Source: Polyangiales bacterium
GTDB lineage: Bacteria > Myxococcota_A > Polyangia > Polyangiales > JADJQN01
Length of the DNA: 64,000 nucleotides
Direction of reading: 5' to 3'
NCBI GenBank assembly: GCA_964202905.1
Contig: CAXNJO010000013.1
Coordinates: 75,839-139,838 of the forward strand
Positions within the stretch are counted from its first letter, which is position 1. Each line of letters begins with the position of its first letter. The notes under the pieces are model-generated. The model made no database searches and had not been told where the DNA came from. It saw nothing but the letters and a program-made list of their open reading frames with translations. The translations under genes and the position numbers were made by a program. Positions 41,580-51,264 of this stretch are shown piece after piece.

Positions 41580-41898
41580 ATGACCGCAGCAGCCCAGGCC
41601 GCGGAGCGCACCGCTCCGTCCATCACCCCGTCGTCCCCGCTTCGCCCTCGCCGAGACCAGCACGAGCGCTGGATCGCGCACACCCACCCGATCGACTTCG
41701 AGGAAGCCGCCCAGCTCGTGCTCGACGCCCACGCCGAGGACGGCGTGCGTGACGACGTTGTCGCCCACGACGTCCGGACCTGGGCCTTCGGCAACGCCGA
41801 GGGCTCGATGGCCATCGCGCCGGTCCCGCTCCCCGGCCGTGAGCCGATGCAGCCGATGCCGCTGCGGGAGCTCGCGTTCTCGCAGCTCTGCCAGCGCA
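41580..41898 (+). pseudogene. N-terminal fragment of a mobile-element protein (DUF932-like), cut at the GAG of module D
   Basis: AGGAGG RBS; ...LRELAFSQLCQR ends at the boundary. Confidence 0.45.
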
Positions 41899-42847
41899 GA
41901 GGGTAACCGATCCAAGCCACCTTTGCTGAAACGGCGTTTGCTCCGGGGTTTGCGAGTCGGCGAGGCAGAGAAGGTCGCGCTGTTCGCGCCGGAGCTGCTG
42001 GGGGCAGAACTGGGCGTTTTCCCGCGCGAAAGACAGAGCGGTGCAGCAGGACGCGCCGAGGAGCGGTCCGCGGAGTCAACGAGGGGTGTGCGGCTGCGGT
42101 GGGCTACGCGGCGTAGTCGTCGGCGGGGTCTCGGGCCTTGGCGAGCGGCGGCGCCTCGGCGGGTCTGCCGAGGTGACGTAGGAAGCGCCGGACTTGAACT
42201 TGGTCGCGGAGCACAGCCATGAGGCGCAGGCGACCGTGGCACTTGGGGCAGTCGAGCACGTCGATATCGTGGCTGCGGCGGAGCAGGTGGGCCCAGCTCG
42301 CGGTGGGTCGGGTCATCAGGAGGGCGCCGTCGAGGAGCCTGCGGAGGTGCTCGTCGGTGAGGATGTACGGTGAGCAGAGCGCGGAGGGTGGAGGCTCGTC
42401 CGGCGCCGCGGTGTCGGCGGCGTAGAGCAGGTCGATGTCGCGGACATCATCGTCGCTCGGCGCGATGTACGCAGCGGGTGCGATGCCGCCGATGTCGTGC
42501 TCGTGATGCGCGCAGCCTGGCGATGGCTCTCCGTCGCGCTCACCGCACTCAGGCTCGTTCGGTACGCGCGCGGTGATGCGTACGAGCTTCGCGCGGAGCC
42601 GACGAGGCTTGGGCACCACGAGCCTTCGCCACGAGTGGCCGGGGGCGAAGACTCCGTGATAGCGGAGCAGCGGATGGCGCGGACTCGGCACCAGCGCAGC
42701 GATGCGCGCCATGAGCTCGGAGCCCGTCATCACGCGATGGGTCCGAGCGCCGCGGCCGTACTTGGTGCGGTAGCTGTAGCGGCCGTCGGCGAGCTTCTCG
42801 AGGCACTCGAGCGCGATCGCTGGCCTCGCGCAGTAGCGAATCAAACG
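41899..42847 (-). mobile_element. IS91/ISCR-like module D (949 bp)
   Basis: Near-identical to the first 949 bp of module A. Confidence 0.93.
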
Positions 42848-42974
42848 GAAAGGCTGTCCACGCGGTCGAAGGATTCACGCCCCCCGACGCCTCGCAACGC
42901 AGGCGCCTCGCGCGGTGAGCCGGCGCGCTCGATTGCAGGATGTGCGACGCGGTCGATGTGGCTACTATGCGGCG

Positions 42975-43433
42975 ATGCTCACCAGCCGGTACTTCGGATC
43001 GATCGCCGCCGACCACGCGAAGACGCAGATCGCGCGCGGCGACGCGCAGCTACGCGTGGACATCAACCTCGCAGATCCGTCGGCATGTACCCAGGCGGCG
43101 ATCGATGCCGTCGATCGCGCGATCGACGAGCTCGATTCTCGCGAGGCCGCCGCACGTGCGGCGATCACTGCGGTGATGGGCGATGACGAGCGACAGCCGG
43201 CGCAGTTCTGGCAGTTCTATCGCGACGAAGTCGACGGATTCGGCGACCTCGCACGGGACGCCTTCGTCTCGACTCTGGTGCTCGTCCGGGTCGGCTTCTA
43301 CCCCGACGAAGTGTCCGACACCGCATCGCACATCGTGCTTGATTTTGCGGTCCGTGGGCCCAACACGGATCAGCTCCTCGTGGCGAAGTTCCACGCCGAC
43401 GGCTCGCTCGGGGAGATTGCCTGGGAGAGCTGA
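42975..43433 (+). CDS. DUF2004-like protein
   Basis: YFG...RVGFYPD...VLDF...TDQLLV.KF...I.WES. Confidence 0.6.
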   Translation: MLTSRYFGSIAADHAKTQIARGDAQLRVDINLADPSACTQAAIDAVDRAIDELDSREAAARAAITAVMGDDERQPAQFWQFYRDEVDGFGDLARDAFVSTLVLVRVGFYPDEVSDTASHIVLDFAVRGPNTDQLLVAKFHADGSLGEIAWES

Positions 43434-43462
43434 CTCGGTCCTCTGTAGGCGTCAACCGACCT

Positions 43463-43688
43463 TCAGTCGTCGGTCTGCAGAAGAGTGCGCATCTGGGCGA
43501 GCACCCCCGGGATTCCTAGGAGCGGAGCCCACACCCACCACCAGAATTGCGAGACGAGCATGCAGACGGCGGACGCACCAAGGCCGATCAACAGCGCCGA
43601 ACCCACCCACCGTGCGATGGACTTCTGAGTTCGCGGTTGACCATAGAACTCTACCCCCTTGAGCACTACCGGCGCGCCGAGGAATAGA
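43463..43688 (-). pseudogene. Small two-TM membrane protein fragment abutting module E
   Basis: Hydrophobic ORF running towards the GAG boundary. Confidence 0.4.
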
Positions 43689-43696
43689 GAGGGTAA

Positions 43697-44989
43697 GGAA
43701 CCCGGCCAGATCTAGCTTGCCATCTTGAGCGAGTGGTGATCTAAGGTGGAGATGCGCCGCAACACAGCGATCGAAGAGACCATCGTGGCCAAGTACGTGG
43801 CGGTCAGCGGGTTGTTCGACGAGCGGGCCCGGCGTCTCTGGGCGGCTTCGGAGTCTCGGGCGATCGGGTACGGTGGCGATGCCTTGGTGTCGGCAGCGAC
43901 TGGCCTTGCGAGGCAGACGATTCGCAATGGCCGTCGGGAATTGGAGTTGGGGGTCGCACTGACTGGACGAGTGCGTGGCCCTGGCGGCGGGCGTCCGCGA
44001 CTCGAGCAGATCCAGCCGGGGCTCAAGGCGGCACTCGAAGCGTTGGTAGATCCGTTGACGCGCGGCGACCCGATGTCGCCACTTCGCTGGACGTGCAAGA
44101 GCCGCGCACAGCTCGCCGCCGCGATGGTGAAGGGTGGCTGGAGGGTGAGCTCCACGACAGTGGGTCGCTTGCTGCACGAGCTTGGCTACAGCCTCCAGTC
44201 GGCGCGCAAAAGCACCGAGGGCGCGGTGCATCCCGATCGCAATGCTCAGTTCGAGCACATCAACGCCACGGCCGAGAACTTCCTCGGGCGGCGACAGCCG
44301 GTGATCTCCGTGGACACGAAGAAGAAGGAACTCGTCGGCGACTTCAAGAACGCGGGAAAGGAGTGGCAGCCTCAGGGCACGCCGGAGAAGGTGCTGGTGC
44401 ACGACTTCCCTGACGACGCGCTGGGCAAAGCCATCCCCTACGGCGTCTACGACATGGCGCGCAATGAGGCGTACGTCAGCGTCGGCCGCGACCACGACAC
44501 GCCGGCGTTTGCCGTCGCATCGATCCGCCAGTGGTGGAGAACGATGGGCCTGCGCGCGTATCCCGATGCACACGAGATCTTCATCACCGCCGATGCGGGC
44601 GGCAGCAACGGCTATCGGCTTCGCGCATGGAAGTTCGAGCTGCAGAACTTCGCCAGCGAGTTCGGCGTCCGTGTTTGTGTCTCCCACTTTCCTCCGGGCA
44701 CCAGCAAGTGGAACAAGATCGAACACCGCCTCTTCTGCCACATCACGCAGAACTGGCGCGGGAAGCCGCTGCGCACCTTCGAAACGGTAGTCGAGCTCAT
44801 CGGTCACACGCGAACGTCTGCCGGACTCCGCGTCAAAGCCAAGCTCGACAAGGGCCGCTATCCCACCGGGATCGTCATCACGAAGGCCGAAATGAATCAG
44901 GTGGCTCTTCACAGGAACAACTTCCACGGCGAATGGAACTATGAGATCCGACCCCGATGAACTTGATCAACTTGTTGTGATCAGCCGCC
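43697..44989 (+). mobile_element. ISAzo13-family IS, copy 2, with a TAA target duplication
   Basis: TAA at 43694-43696 and 44990-44992. Confidence 0.93.
43746..44960 (+). CDS. ISAzo13-family transposase
   Basis: Protein identical to 31533-32747. Confidence 0.93.
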   Translation: MEMRRNTAIEETIVAKYVAVSGLFDERARRLWAASESRAIGYGGDALVSAATGLARQTIRNGRRELELGVALTGRVRGPGGGRPRLEQIQPGLKAALEALVDPLTRGDPMSPLRWTCKSRAQLAAAMVKGGWRVSSTTVGRLLHELGYSLQSARKSTEGAVHPDRNAQFEHINATAENFLGRRQPVISVDTKKKELVGDFKNAGKEWQPQGTPEKVLVHDFPDDALGKAIPYGVYDMARNEAYVSVGRDHDTPAFAVASIRQWWRTMGLRAYPDAHEIFITADAGGSNGYRLRAWKFELQNFASEFGVRVCVSHFPPGTSKWNKIEHRLFCHITQNWRGKPLRTFETVVELIGHTRTSAGLRVKAKLDKGRYPTGIVITKAEMNQVALHRNNFHGEWNYEIRPR

Positions 44990-45948
44990 TAACCGATCCA
45001 AGCCACCTTTGCTGAAACGGCGTTTGCTCCGGGGTTTGCGAGTCGGCGAGGCAGAGAAGGTCGCGCTGTTCGCGCCGGAGCTGCTGGGGGCAGAACTGGG
45101 CGTTTTCCCGCGCGAAAGACAGAGCGGTGCAGCAGGACGCGCCGAGGAGCGGTCCGTGGAGTCAACGAGGGGTGTGCGGCTGCGGTGGGCTACGCGGCGT
45201 AGTCGTCGGCGGGGTCTCGGGCCTTGGCGAGCGGCGGCGCCTCGGCGGGTCTGCCGAGGTGACGTAGGAAGCGCCGGACTTGAACTTGGTCGCGGAGCAC
45301 AGCCATGAGGCGCAGGCGACCGTGGCACTTGGGGCAGTCGAGCACGTCGATATCGTGGCTGCGGCGGAGCAGGTGGGCCCAGCTCGCGGTGGGTCGGGTC
45401 ATCAGGAGGGCGCCGTCGAGGAGCCTGCGGAGGTGCTCGTCGGTGAGGATGTACGGTGAGCAGAGCGCGGAGGGTGGAGGCTCGTCGGGCGCCGCGGTGT
45501 CGGCGGCGTAGAGCAGGTCGATGTCGCGGACATCATCGTCGCTCGGCGCGATGTACGCAGCGGGTGCGATGCCGCCGATGTCGTGCTCGTGATGCGCGCA
45601 GCCTGGCGATGGCTCTCCGTCGCGCTCACCGCACTCAGGCTCGTTCGGTACGCGCGCGGTGATGCGTACGAGCTTCGCGCGGAGCCGACGAGGCTTGGGC
45701 ACCACGAGCCTTCGCCACGAGTGGCCGGGGGCGAAGACTCCGTGATAGCGGAGCAGCGGATGGCGCGGACTCGGCACCAGCGCAGCGATGCGCGCCATGA
45801 GCTCGGAGCCCGTCATCACGCGATGGGTCCGAGCGCCGCGGCCGTACTTGGTGCGGTAGCTGTAGCGGCCGTCGGCGAGCTTCTCGAGGCACTCGAGCGC
45901 GATCGCTGGCCTCGCGCAGCCATCTTCGTGGTCCGGTCAGAGCGCCCG

Positions 45949-45968
45949 ATGTGCTACGAGTAGCACAT
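45949..45968. promoter_or_regulatory. TA autoregulatory operator palindrome
   Basis: atgtgcta-cgag-tagcacat overlapping the antitoxin start. Confidence 0.7.
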
Positions 45969-46242
45969 GAAGTCAGTCGGCGTGCGGGAGCTGCGGCAGC
46001 GGGCGAGTGAACTGCTCCGGCGGGTCGAGGCGGGCGAGTCGATCGAGGTGACGGATCGAGGGCGGGCGGTCGCGGTGCTCGCGCCGCTCGCGACTCGTTC
46101 CGCGCTCGAGCGTCTGCGCGCAGCGGGTGAGACCAGCGGCAAGAGCCGAGGCATGGCGGGGATCGGTAAGCCGCTCGACGTCGCGCCGGGGCAAGAGTCG
46201 GCGTCGAGCGTCCTCGCGCGTCTGCGCAAGAGCGAGCGCTGA
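45967..46242 (+). CDS. Phd/YefM-family antitoxin
   Basis: VGVRELRQRASELLRRVEAGE.IEVTDRGRAVA.L.P. Confidence 0.92.
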   Translation: MKSVGVRELRQRASELLRRVEAGESIEVTDRGRAVAVLAPLATRSALERLRAAGETSGKSRGMAGIGKPLDVAPGQESASSVLARLRKSER

Positions 46243-46243
46243 G

Positions 46244-46633
46244 TTGGCGCTCGCGTATCTGGACTCGTCCGCGCTGGTGAAGCTGGCGGTGCGTGAGCCG
46301 GAATCGGCGGCGCTCGTCCGCTTTCTGCGGGGCAAGACCGAGCTGGTGTCGAGCGCGCTCGCGCGGACCGAGGTCGCGCGAGCGCTGCTGCCGCTCGGCG
46401 CGGCGGCCTCAGCGCGTGGTCGCGAAGTGCTCGATCGCGTCGAGCTCGTCCGCGTGAACGACCGTGTGCTCGCGCTCGCCGGCACGCTCTTGCCGCTCGA
46501 GCTGCGCTCGCTCGACGCGATCCATCTCGCCACCGCCGAGCTCGTCGGCCGCGTGCGCGTCATCGTGACCTACGACGAGCGGATGGCCGCAGCGGCACGC
46601 GCGATGAAGTGGAAGGTGGCGGCTCCGGCGTAG
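46244..46633 (+). CDS. vapC: PIN-domain VapC toxin
   Basis: YLDSSALVKL...E...TE...LRSLDAIHLATA...TYD. Confidence 0.92.
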   Translation: MALAYLDSSALVKLAVREPESAALVRFLRGKTELVSSALARTEVARALLPLGAAASARGREVLDRVELVRVNDRVLALAGTLLPLELRSLDAIHLATAELVGRVRVIVTYDERMAAAARAMKWKVAAPA

Positions 46634-46766
46634 GTTGGGAAGGCATCGCGCAGACCGTCGCGCGTCGCGGGCTGCGCGTGTGCAAGCTGACGCCGCGGGG
46701 AAACCGCCGCGGATGACCCAATACGCACGCCGCCGCGGATCGCCCCGTGAGCGCGCCGCTTGGGGA

Positions 46767-47228
46767 TCACTCTCGGCAGTACGTCTCGATGGTGCCGCGG
46801 ATGCGCACCAGCTGCGCCTGCACCTCGTCGAACCGGCGTCGCAGCGCGTCGGGATACGCGGTCCAGGACTCGTCGCCCTCCGGCGTCTCCACGTAGATGT
46901 TTGGGCAGACCGGCATCTCCGGGGGGATGGTACCGAGCACGCTCGTCGTGGCGTCGACGAGCGCGCTTGCGCTGCGAACCTGCGCCTTGCATTGCGCAAC
47001 GAGGAGGCGGGGGACGGGGTCGCGGTGGGCGAAGAGCTGCCGCACTTGTTCACGCCGCTCCACCTCATCGCGATACTCCTGCAAGATTTGGGCGTCCGGG
47101 GTGTTCTTGAGTAGTTCCGGGAACGCCTCGCGAAACACCGCGCACGCGCCGTGACGCGCGTCGTCGCGGCCGCCGCCGCAGCCACCGAGGAGAACGAGGA
47201 GACACAAGATCATGCTGGTCCGTTTCAT
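46767..47228 (-). CDS. Putative lipoprotein
   Basis: MKR..hydrophobic..LGGC lipobox. Confidence 0.6.
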   Translation of the reverse strand: MKRTSMILCLLVLLGGCGGGRDDARHGACAVFREAFPELLKNTPDAQILQEYRDEVERREQVRQLFAHRDPVPRLLVAQCKAQVRSASALVDATTSVLGTIPPEMPVCPNIYVETPEGDESWTAYPDALRRRFDEVQAQLVRIRGTIETYCRE

Positions 47229-47377
47229 CGCCGGCCTCCGACGTGCAGGCGTAGCGTACATTCATCGTTGCCGTCGAGTCTCGCGCGCGACACCAGTCCG
47301 CGCACAACCCTCGATCGCCTCGCGCGCTCGACACCGCCGGGTGGTGAATAGCAAGCCCGAGCACGCGTCCGACCGCC

Positions 47378-48010
47378 GTGTCCCCGACTGCCACTCTGCT
47401 CTGCGCGTATGTCATCCTCGCGTTCTCGATGCCTGCGGCGGCGCAATCGCTGCGGCCGTGGCAGGAGCGCCCCGAGCGGCGCGAGCTTCGCTATCGCGAG
47501 CAGCGCGCCTTTCGCTCCGTGTCGATCGGCCGCTCTGGTCTCTTCGAGATCGGAGATGCCTGCCGGTCCACCTTTGACGGGGCGGAGCGGGAACAGCTCT
47601 GCGTCGCGACGGTCGTCGCGGCTCGCGTGCGCTACTCCCCGGCGCCGCTCATCCGCGCGTGCGCAAGCGCCTTCTCCGGCGACGACGCCGAGATGGCCTG
47701 CGTCCAGACCGCGCTCGTCTCCCACGCCGAGCCCTCCGCGAGCGTCGCCGCCTGCGATCGCGCGTTCGTCGGTGACGAGAACGCGCTCCGCTGCATCGAG
47801 CGCGTCGCCGCCACCGCCTCCCGTGGTGGGGCCGTCGGCATCGAAGCGATCATCGCATGCGACCGCGCGTTCTCTGGCGACGACAACGCCCTCGCATGCC
47901 TCGAAGCGCTGCCGTGCGGGCCGTACGATCCCGCAGAGTTCGTCGCCTACTGCGACCAGCAGAGCGCGGGCGACCTCGCCGCGCTGAGCTGCCTGCAGAG
48001 CTTTCGCTGA
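47378..48010 (+). CDS. Secreted Cys-repeat protein
   Basis: Signal peptide; about four ACxxAFxGD...C repeats. Confidence 0.65.
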   Translation: MSPTATLLCAYVILAFSMPAAAQSLRPWQERPERRELRYREQRAFRSVSIGRSGLFEIGDACRSTFDGAEREQLCVATVVAARVRYSPAPLIRACASAFSGDDAEMACVQTALVSHAEPSASVAACDRAFVGDENALRCIERVAATASRGGAVGIEAIIACDRAFSGDDNALACLEALPCGPYDPAEFVAYCDQQSAGDLAALSCLQSFR

Positions 48011-48052
48011 CGCGTTCGGAGCGGGGTACGGCGACACACGACGCCGCCGCCA

Positions 48053-48391
48053 TCACCGCCCAGTCTGTACCTCGTTGTCGAGCACGCGGACGCCGCGCGC
48101 GCGCTTGGCCTCTTCCGTGGCCGCGCGCAGCTTCTCGTAGAGCGCCATCACGTCGGTCTTGAGGCCTTCGATGCGCACATCGGGAGTCGAGCGGTCCATC
48201 GCCGTGAGCACGATGTTGCCAGTCCCCGCGAGGCGCTGCGCGAACGGGCGCTCGACGACGAAGTCGTTGATTCGATAGATGTCGATCTGATCCATGCGCT
48301 TCGAGAAGAGGCCCGTCTCGACCACCACGCGCTGCGTGGTGAGCCGGTACTTCACGCTGCGCGCGCGGAACCAGTAGTAGATGAAGCCGCA
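48053..48391 (-). pseudogene. Bacterial PH-domain (bPH_2) membrane protein, N-terminus cut by module F
   Basis: YRLTTQR...GLFS...RI.D...QR..G.GNI; the frame runs to the GAG boundary. Confidence 0.7.
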
Positions 48392-48433
48392 GAGGGTAAC
48401 CGATCCAAGCCACCTTTGCTGAAACGGCGTTTG
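48392..48433 (-). mobile_element. IS91/ISCR-like module F (42-bp origin stub)
   Basis: GAGGGTAACCGATCCAAGCCACCTTTGCTGAAACGGCGTTTG, followed by the IS21 end. Confidence 0.88.
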
Positions 48434-49986
48434 TGCCAGTTTTCACCTTGAAGGGACCACCTTCGGGCTGAGATTTTCAGCCTGAAGGGACCACCTGATT
48501 TTCAGGGTGAAGGGACCATCCCTCGCGGGGGCGTGGCTCTGGATTTTCAGGGTCATGGGACCACCCGATTTTCAGGGTCATGGGACCACCCCGTGTCCGA
48601 GGTCCGAGGTCGTCGCGATCGAACGCCAACCAGAGGAGCCTGCTGCCGCCGACGAGGGCGTCGCACAGGAGGTCCCATTGAGCTTTCGGGAGCTGACCAT
48701 GATCGAAGTGAAGGAAGTGGCGCGGCGCTGTCAGGCACGGCAGGGGCTGCGTGAGATCGCGCGGGAGACGGGACTCGATCGGAAGACGGTGCGTAGGTAC
48801 GCCGAGGCGCTCAAGGCGCTGGAGGTCGGCGCGGACGCGGTGCTCGACGACGCGCTGGTGCACGCGATCGCGCAGTGCGTGCAGGCGCGGCCGGGGACGG
48901 AGCTGAGCCCAGAGCGGGCGACGCTCGGCGCGCATCGCGAGCGCATCGTCGCGTGGCTCAGCGAGAAGCGGCCGCTGCGGCTGACGAAGATCGCGACGCT
49001 GCTCGCGCGCGATCACGGCGTCGAGGTGAGCTACGCGACGCTGCGTCGGTACGCGATGGACGAGCTCGGCTTCGGCCAGATGAAGCCGACGGTGCGTATC
49101 GTGGACGCGCCGCCGGGCGAAGAGGCGCAGGTGGACTTCGGTCTGATGGGCGAGCTGATCGACGCCGAGACGGGCGAGGTGCGCAAGCTGCACGTGCTCG
49201 TCGTCACGCTGAACTTCAGCCGATACCAGTTCGTGTGGCCGACGTACGCGCAGACGACGGAGGCGGTGTGCGAGGGGCTCGACGAGGCGTGGCGCTTCTT
49301 CGGCGGCGTGCTCCAGCGCATCCTGCCCGACAACGCGTCGTCGATGGTGCAGAAGGCCGACCCGCTCGAGCCGCTGATCGTGCCGGCCTTCGCCGACTAC
49401 GTCCAAGCGCGCGGGCTCTTCGTCGATGCAGCGCGCGTGCGACGGCCGAAGGACAAGGGGCGCGTCGAGAATCAGGTCGCGTACGTGCGCGAGAGCTGGT
49501 GGGCGGGAGAGCGCTTCGGCTCGCTCGAGGAGGCGCGCGCGAGCGCGATCCACTGGTGTCGCGAGATCGCCGGCCTGCGTGTGCACGGCACGACGCGCGC
49601 GCGACCGCGGGAGCTCTTCGAGCAGCAGGAGCTCGCGCTCTTGTCGCCCGCGCCGACCGCGCGCTTCGACGTGCCGCACTGGGGCAAAGCGAAGGTGCAT
49701 CCCGATCACCACCTCCAGGTGCTCAAGTCGCTCTACTCGGTGCCGACGAAGTACATCGGCCGCGAAGTACGCGTGCGCGCTGATCGTCGCATCATGCTCG
49801 TCTACCTGGGCACCGAGCTCATCAAGACGCATCCGCGCGTCGCCGTCGGCAAGCGCTCGACGGATCCGAACGACTATCCGAGCGGCGTCGCGCCGTACGC
49901 GATGCGCAGCGTGGACAAGCTGCTCGCGCGAGCGCAGAAGCGCGGCGAGCACGTCGGGCGCTACGCGACGCGCCTGCTCGGCGGTC
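48434..49986 (+). mobile_element. IS21-family element, left end and truncated istA
   Basis: TG start; five subterminal GGGACCA repeats (about 48449-48590). Confidence 0.85.
48678..49986 (+). pseudogene. istA: IS21 transposase IstA, C-terminally truncated
   Basis: GLDRKTVRRY, PGEEAQVDFG, DN, P.DKGRVE and YSVP motifs; AGGAGG RBS. Confidence 0.88.
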
Positions 49987-50017
49987 TGAGCTTGCCCCGG
50001 TTCAGTAGACAGGTTGC

Positions 50018-50887
50018 CTAGCTCGCTGCTGCCTGCTTCGCGGACATGCGCTCGAAGCGCGCGGGGCTCATGTTGCCCAGCGCCGAGTGCCTGCGCTCCT
50101 GGTTGTAGAAGACCTCGATGTAATCGAACAACTTCGTCTTCGCGTCCGCGTGCGAGTCGAAGCGTTCGCCGAGCTCGAACTTCACGGTGGAGAAGAAGCT
50201 CTCCATCACCGCGTTGTCGTAGCAGTTCCCACGGCGACTCATGCTGCACGTCAGCCCGTTGTGGCGCAGCAGTCGTTGATAATCGCCGCTGGCGTACGGG
50301 CTTCCCTGGTCGCTGTGGTGCAGCAGGCCGCCGTGCAGCCGTCGATGCTGCAGCGCCGCACGAAGCGCCCTCATCACGAGGTGACGGTCGTTCACCGCGC
50401 TCGTCGCCCAACCGACGACGAGGCGCGAATGAAGGTCGAGCAGCGCAGCGAGGAAGAGTCTGCCGCCCGGTGTCGTCAGCTCGGTCGTGTCCCCGACCCA
50501 CCGCTGGTTCGGCGCGTCGGCCTCGAACTCGCAGGCGAGAACGTTCGCGGCCACGGGCTGCTCGTTCTCCGGGACGACGTGGACGCGGTAGCGCTTGCGC
50601 TGCCGTGCCACGAGGCCTTGCTCGCGCATGAGCCGAGCGACGCGCTTGCGGCTGACGCGCTCGCCGCCCTCGACCAGCTCCGCGAAGACTCGAGGGCTCC
50701 CGTAGGTGCGTCGGCTCTTCACGTGCGCCGCCTGCACCAGCACCCGCAGCTGCGCGTCGCGCTTGGCGCGCTCCGACTCCGGGCGCGCCTGCCACGCGTA
50801 GTAGCCGGCTCGCGAGACGTTCACGGCGCGGCACAGCATGGTGACCGCGTGGGTCTCCTTCTCCGCCTCGACGAACGCGAACCTCAC
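50018..50887 (-). CDS. IS3 OrfB (DDE integrase)
   Basis: YGSPRV, WVGDTT, HSDQGSPY, GNCYDNA.MESFF and YN..RRHS.LG motifs. Confidence 0.93.
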   Translation of the reverse strand: MRFAFVEAEKETHAVTMLCRAVNVSRAGYYAWQARPESERAKRDAQLRVLVQAAHVKSRRTYGSPRVFAELVEGGERVSRKRVARLMREQGLVARQRKRYRVHVVPENEQPVAANVLACEFEADAPNQRWVGDTTELTTPGGRLFLAALLDLHSRLVVGWATSAVNDRHLVMRALRAALQHRRLHGGLLHHSDQGSPYASGDYQRLLRHNGLTCSMSRRGNCYDNAVMESFFSTVKFELGERFDSHADAKTKLFDYIEVFYNQERRHSALGNMSPARFERMSAKQAAAS

Positions 50888-51246
50888 GTCCGTTCCTTGG
50901 CGAAGAAGGCCGCGGCTTTTTTTAAGATCTCGCGCTCCTCGCGGAGAACACGGTTCTCGCGTCGGAGGCGCGTGAGTTCCTCGCGCTCGTCGCTCGTCAG
51001 CACGCCGGGCTTGCCCTTGCCGGCGTCGGCTCGCGTCCGCTCCACCCAGCCTCGCAGCGCCGAGTCCGTGAGGTCGAGATTCTTCGCGACCTGCGTGACG
51101 GTGCCGCCTTCCTTGAGCACCAGGGCGACCGCCCCGGCCTTGAACTCGTCGCTGAAACTACGCCGCGCGCGACGTGCCTTGCCCGACTTCCCTGACCCGC
51201 TCTCTGCCATCTTCGCCATCGTGCCCACCTCTTCCGAGATGTCCAC
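50884..51246 (-). CDS. IS3 OrfA with an A7G slippery site for -1 frameshifting
   Basis: RRSFSDEFK..AV...EREILKKAAAFF; minus-strand TTAAAAAAAG. Confidence 0.9.
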   Translation of the reverse strand: MDISEEVGTMAKMAESGSGKSGKARRARRSFSDEFKAGAVALVLKEGGTVTQVAKNLDLTDSALRGWVERTRADAGKGKPGVLTSDEREELTRLRRENRVLREEREILKKAAAFFAKERT

Positions 51247-51264
51247 CGAAGCGGGGCAAGCTCA

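Larger units (their letters stand above)
43689..45919 (-). mobile_element. IS91/ISCR-like module E, interrupted by ISAzo13 within the origin
   Basis: GAGGGTAA|IS|TAACCGATCC...; ends at the same ...ctcgcgcag as module B. Confidence 0.92.
49987..51264 (-). mobile_element. IS3-family IS (1278 bp), no target duplication
   Basis: Terminal IRs tgagcttgcccc.../...ggggcaagctca. Confidence 0.92.

Noticed and set aside
31504..44989. Composite transposon or inversion between the inverted ISAzo13 copies
   Set aside because: Copy 2 has its own TAA duplication within an intact origin, and un-inverting the segment does not restore copy 1's flanks
26917..48433. Classical integron (attC) array
   Set aside because: No tyrosine integrase; the repeats are transposase-derived and cargo is cut mid-gene rather than as whole cassettes
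48449..48590. Spaced GGGACCA repeats resembling a mini-CRISPR or iterons
   Set aside because: Short, irregular spacing directly upstream of istA; typical IS21 subterminal transposase-binding repeats; no cas genes
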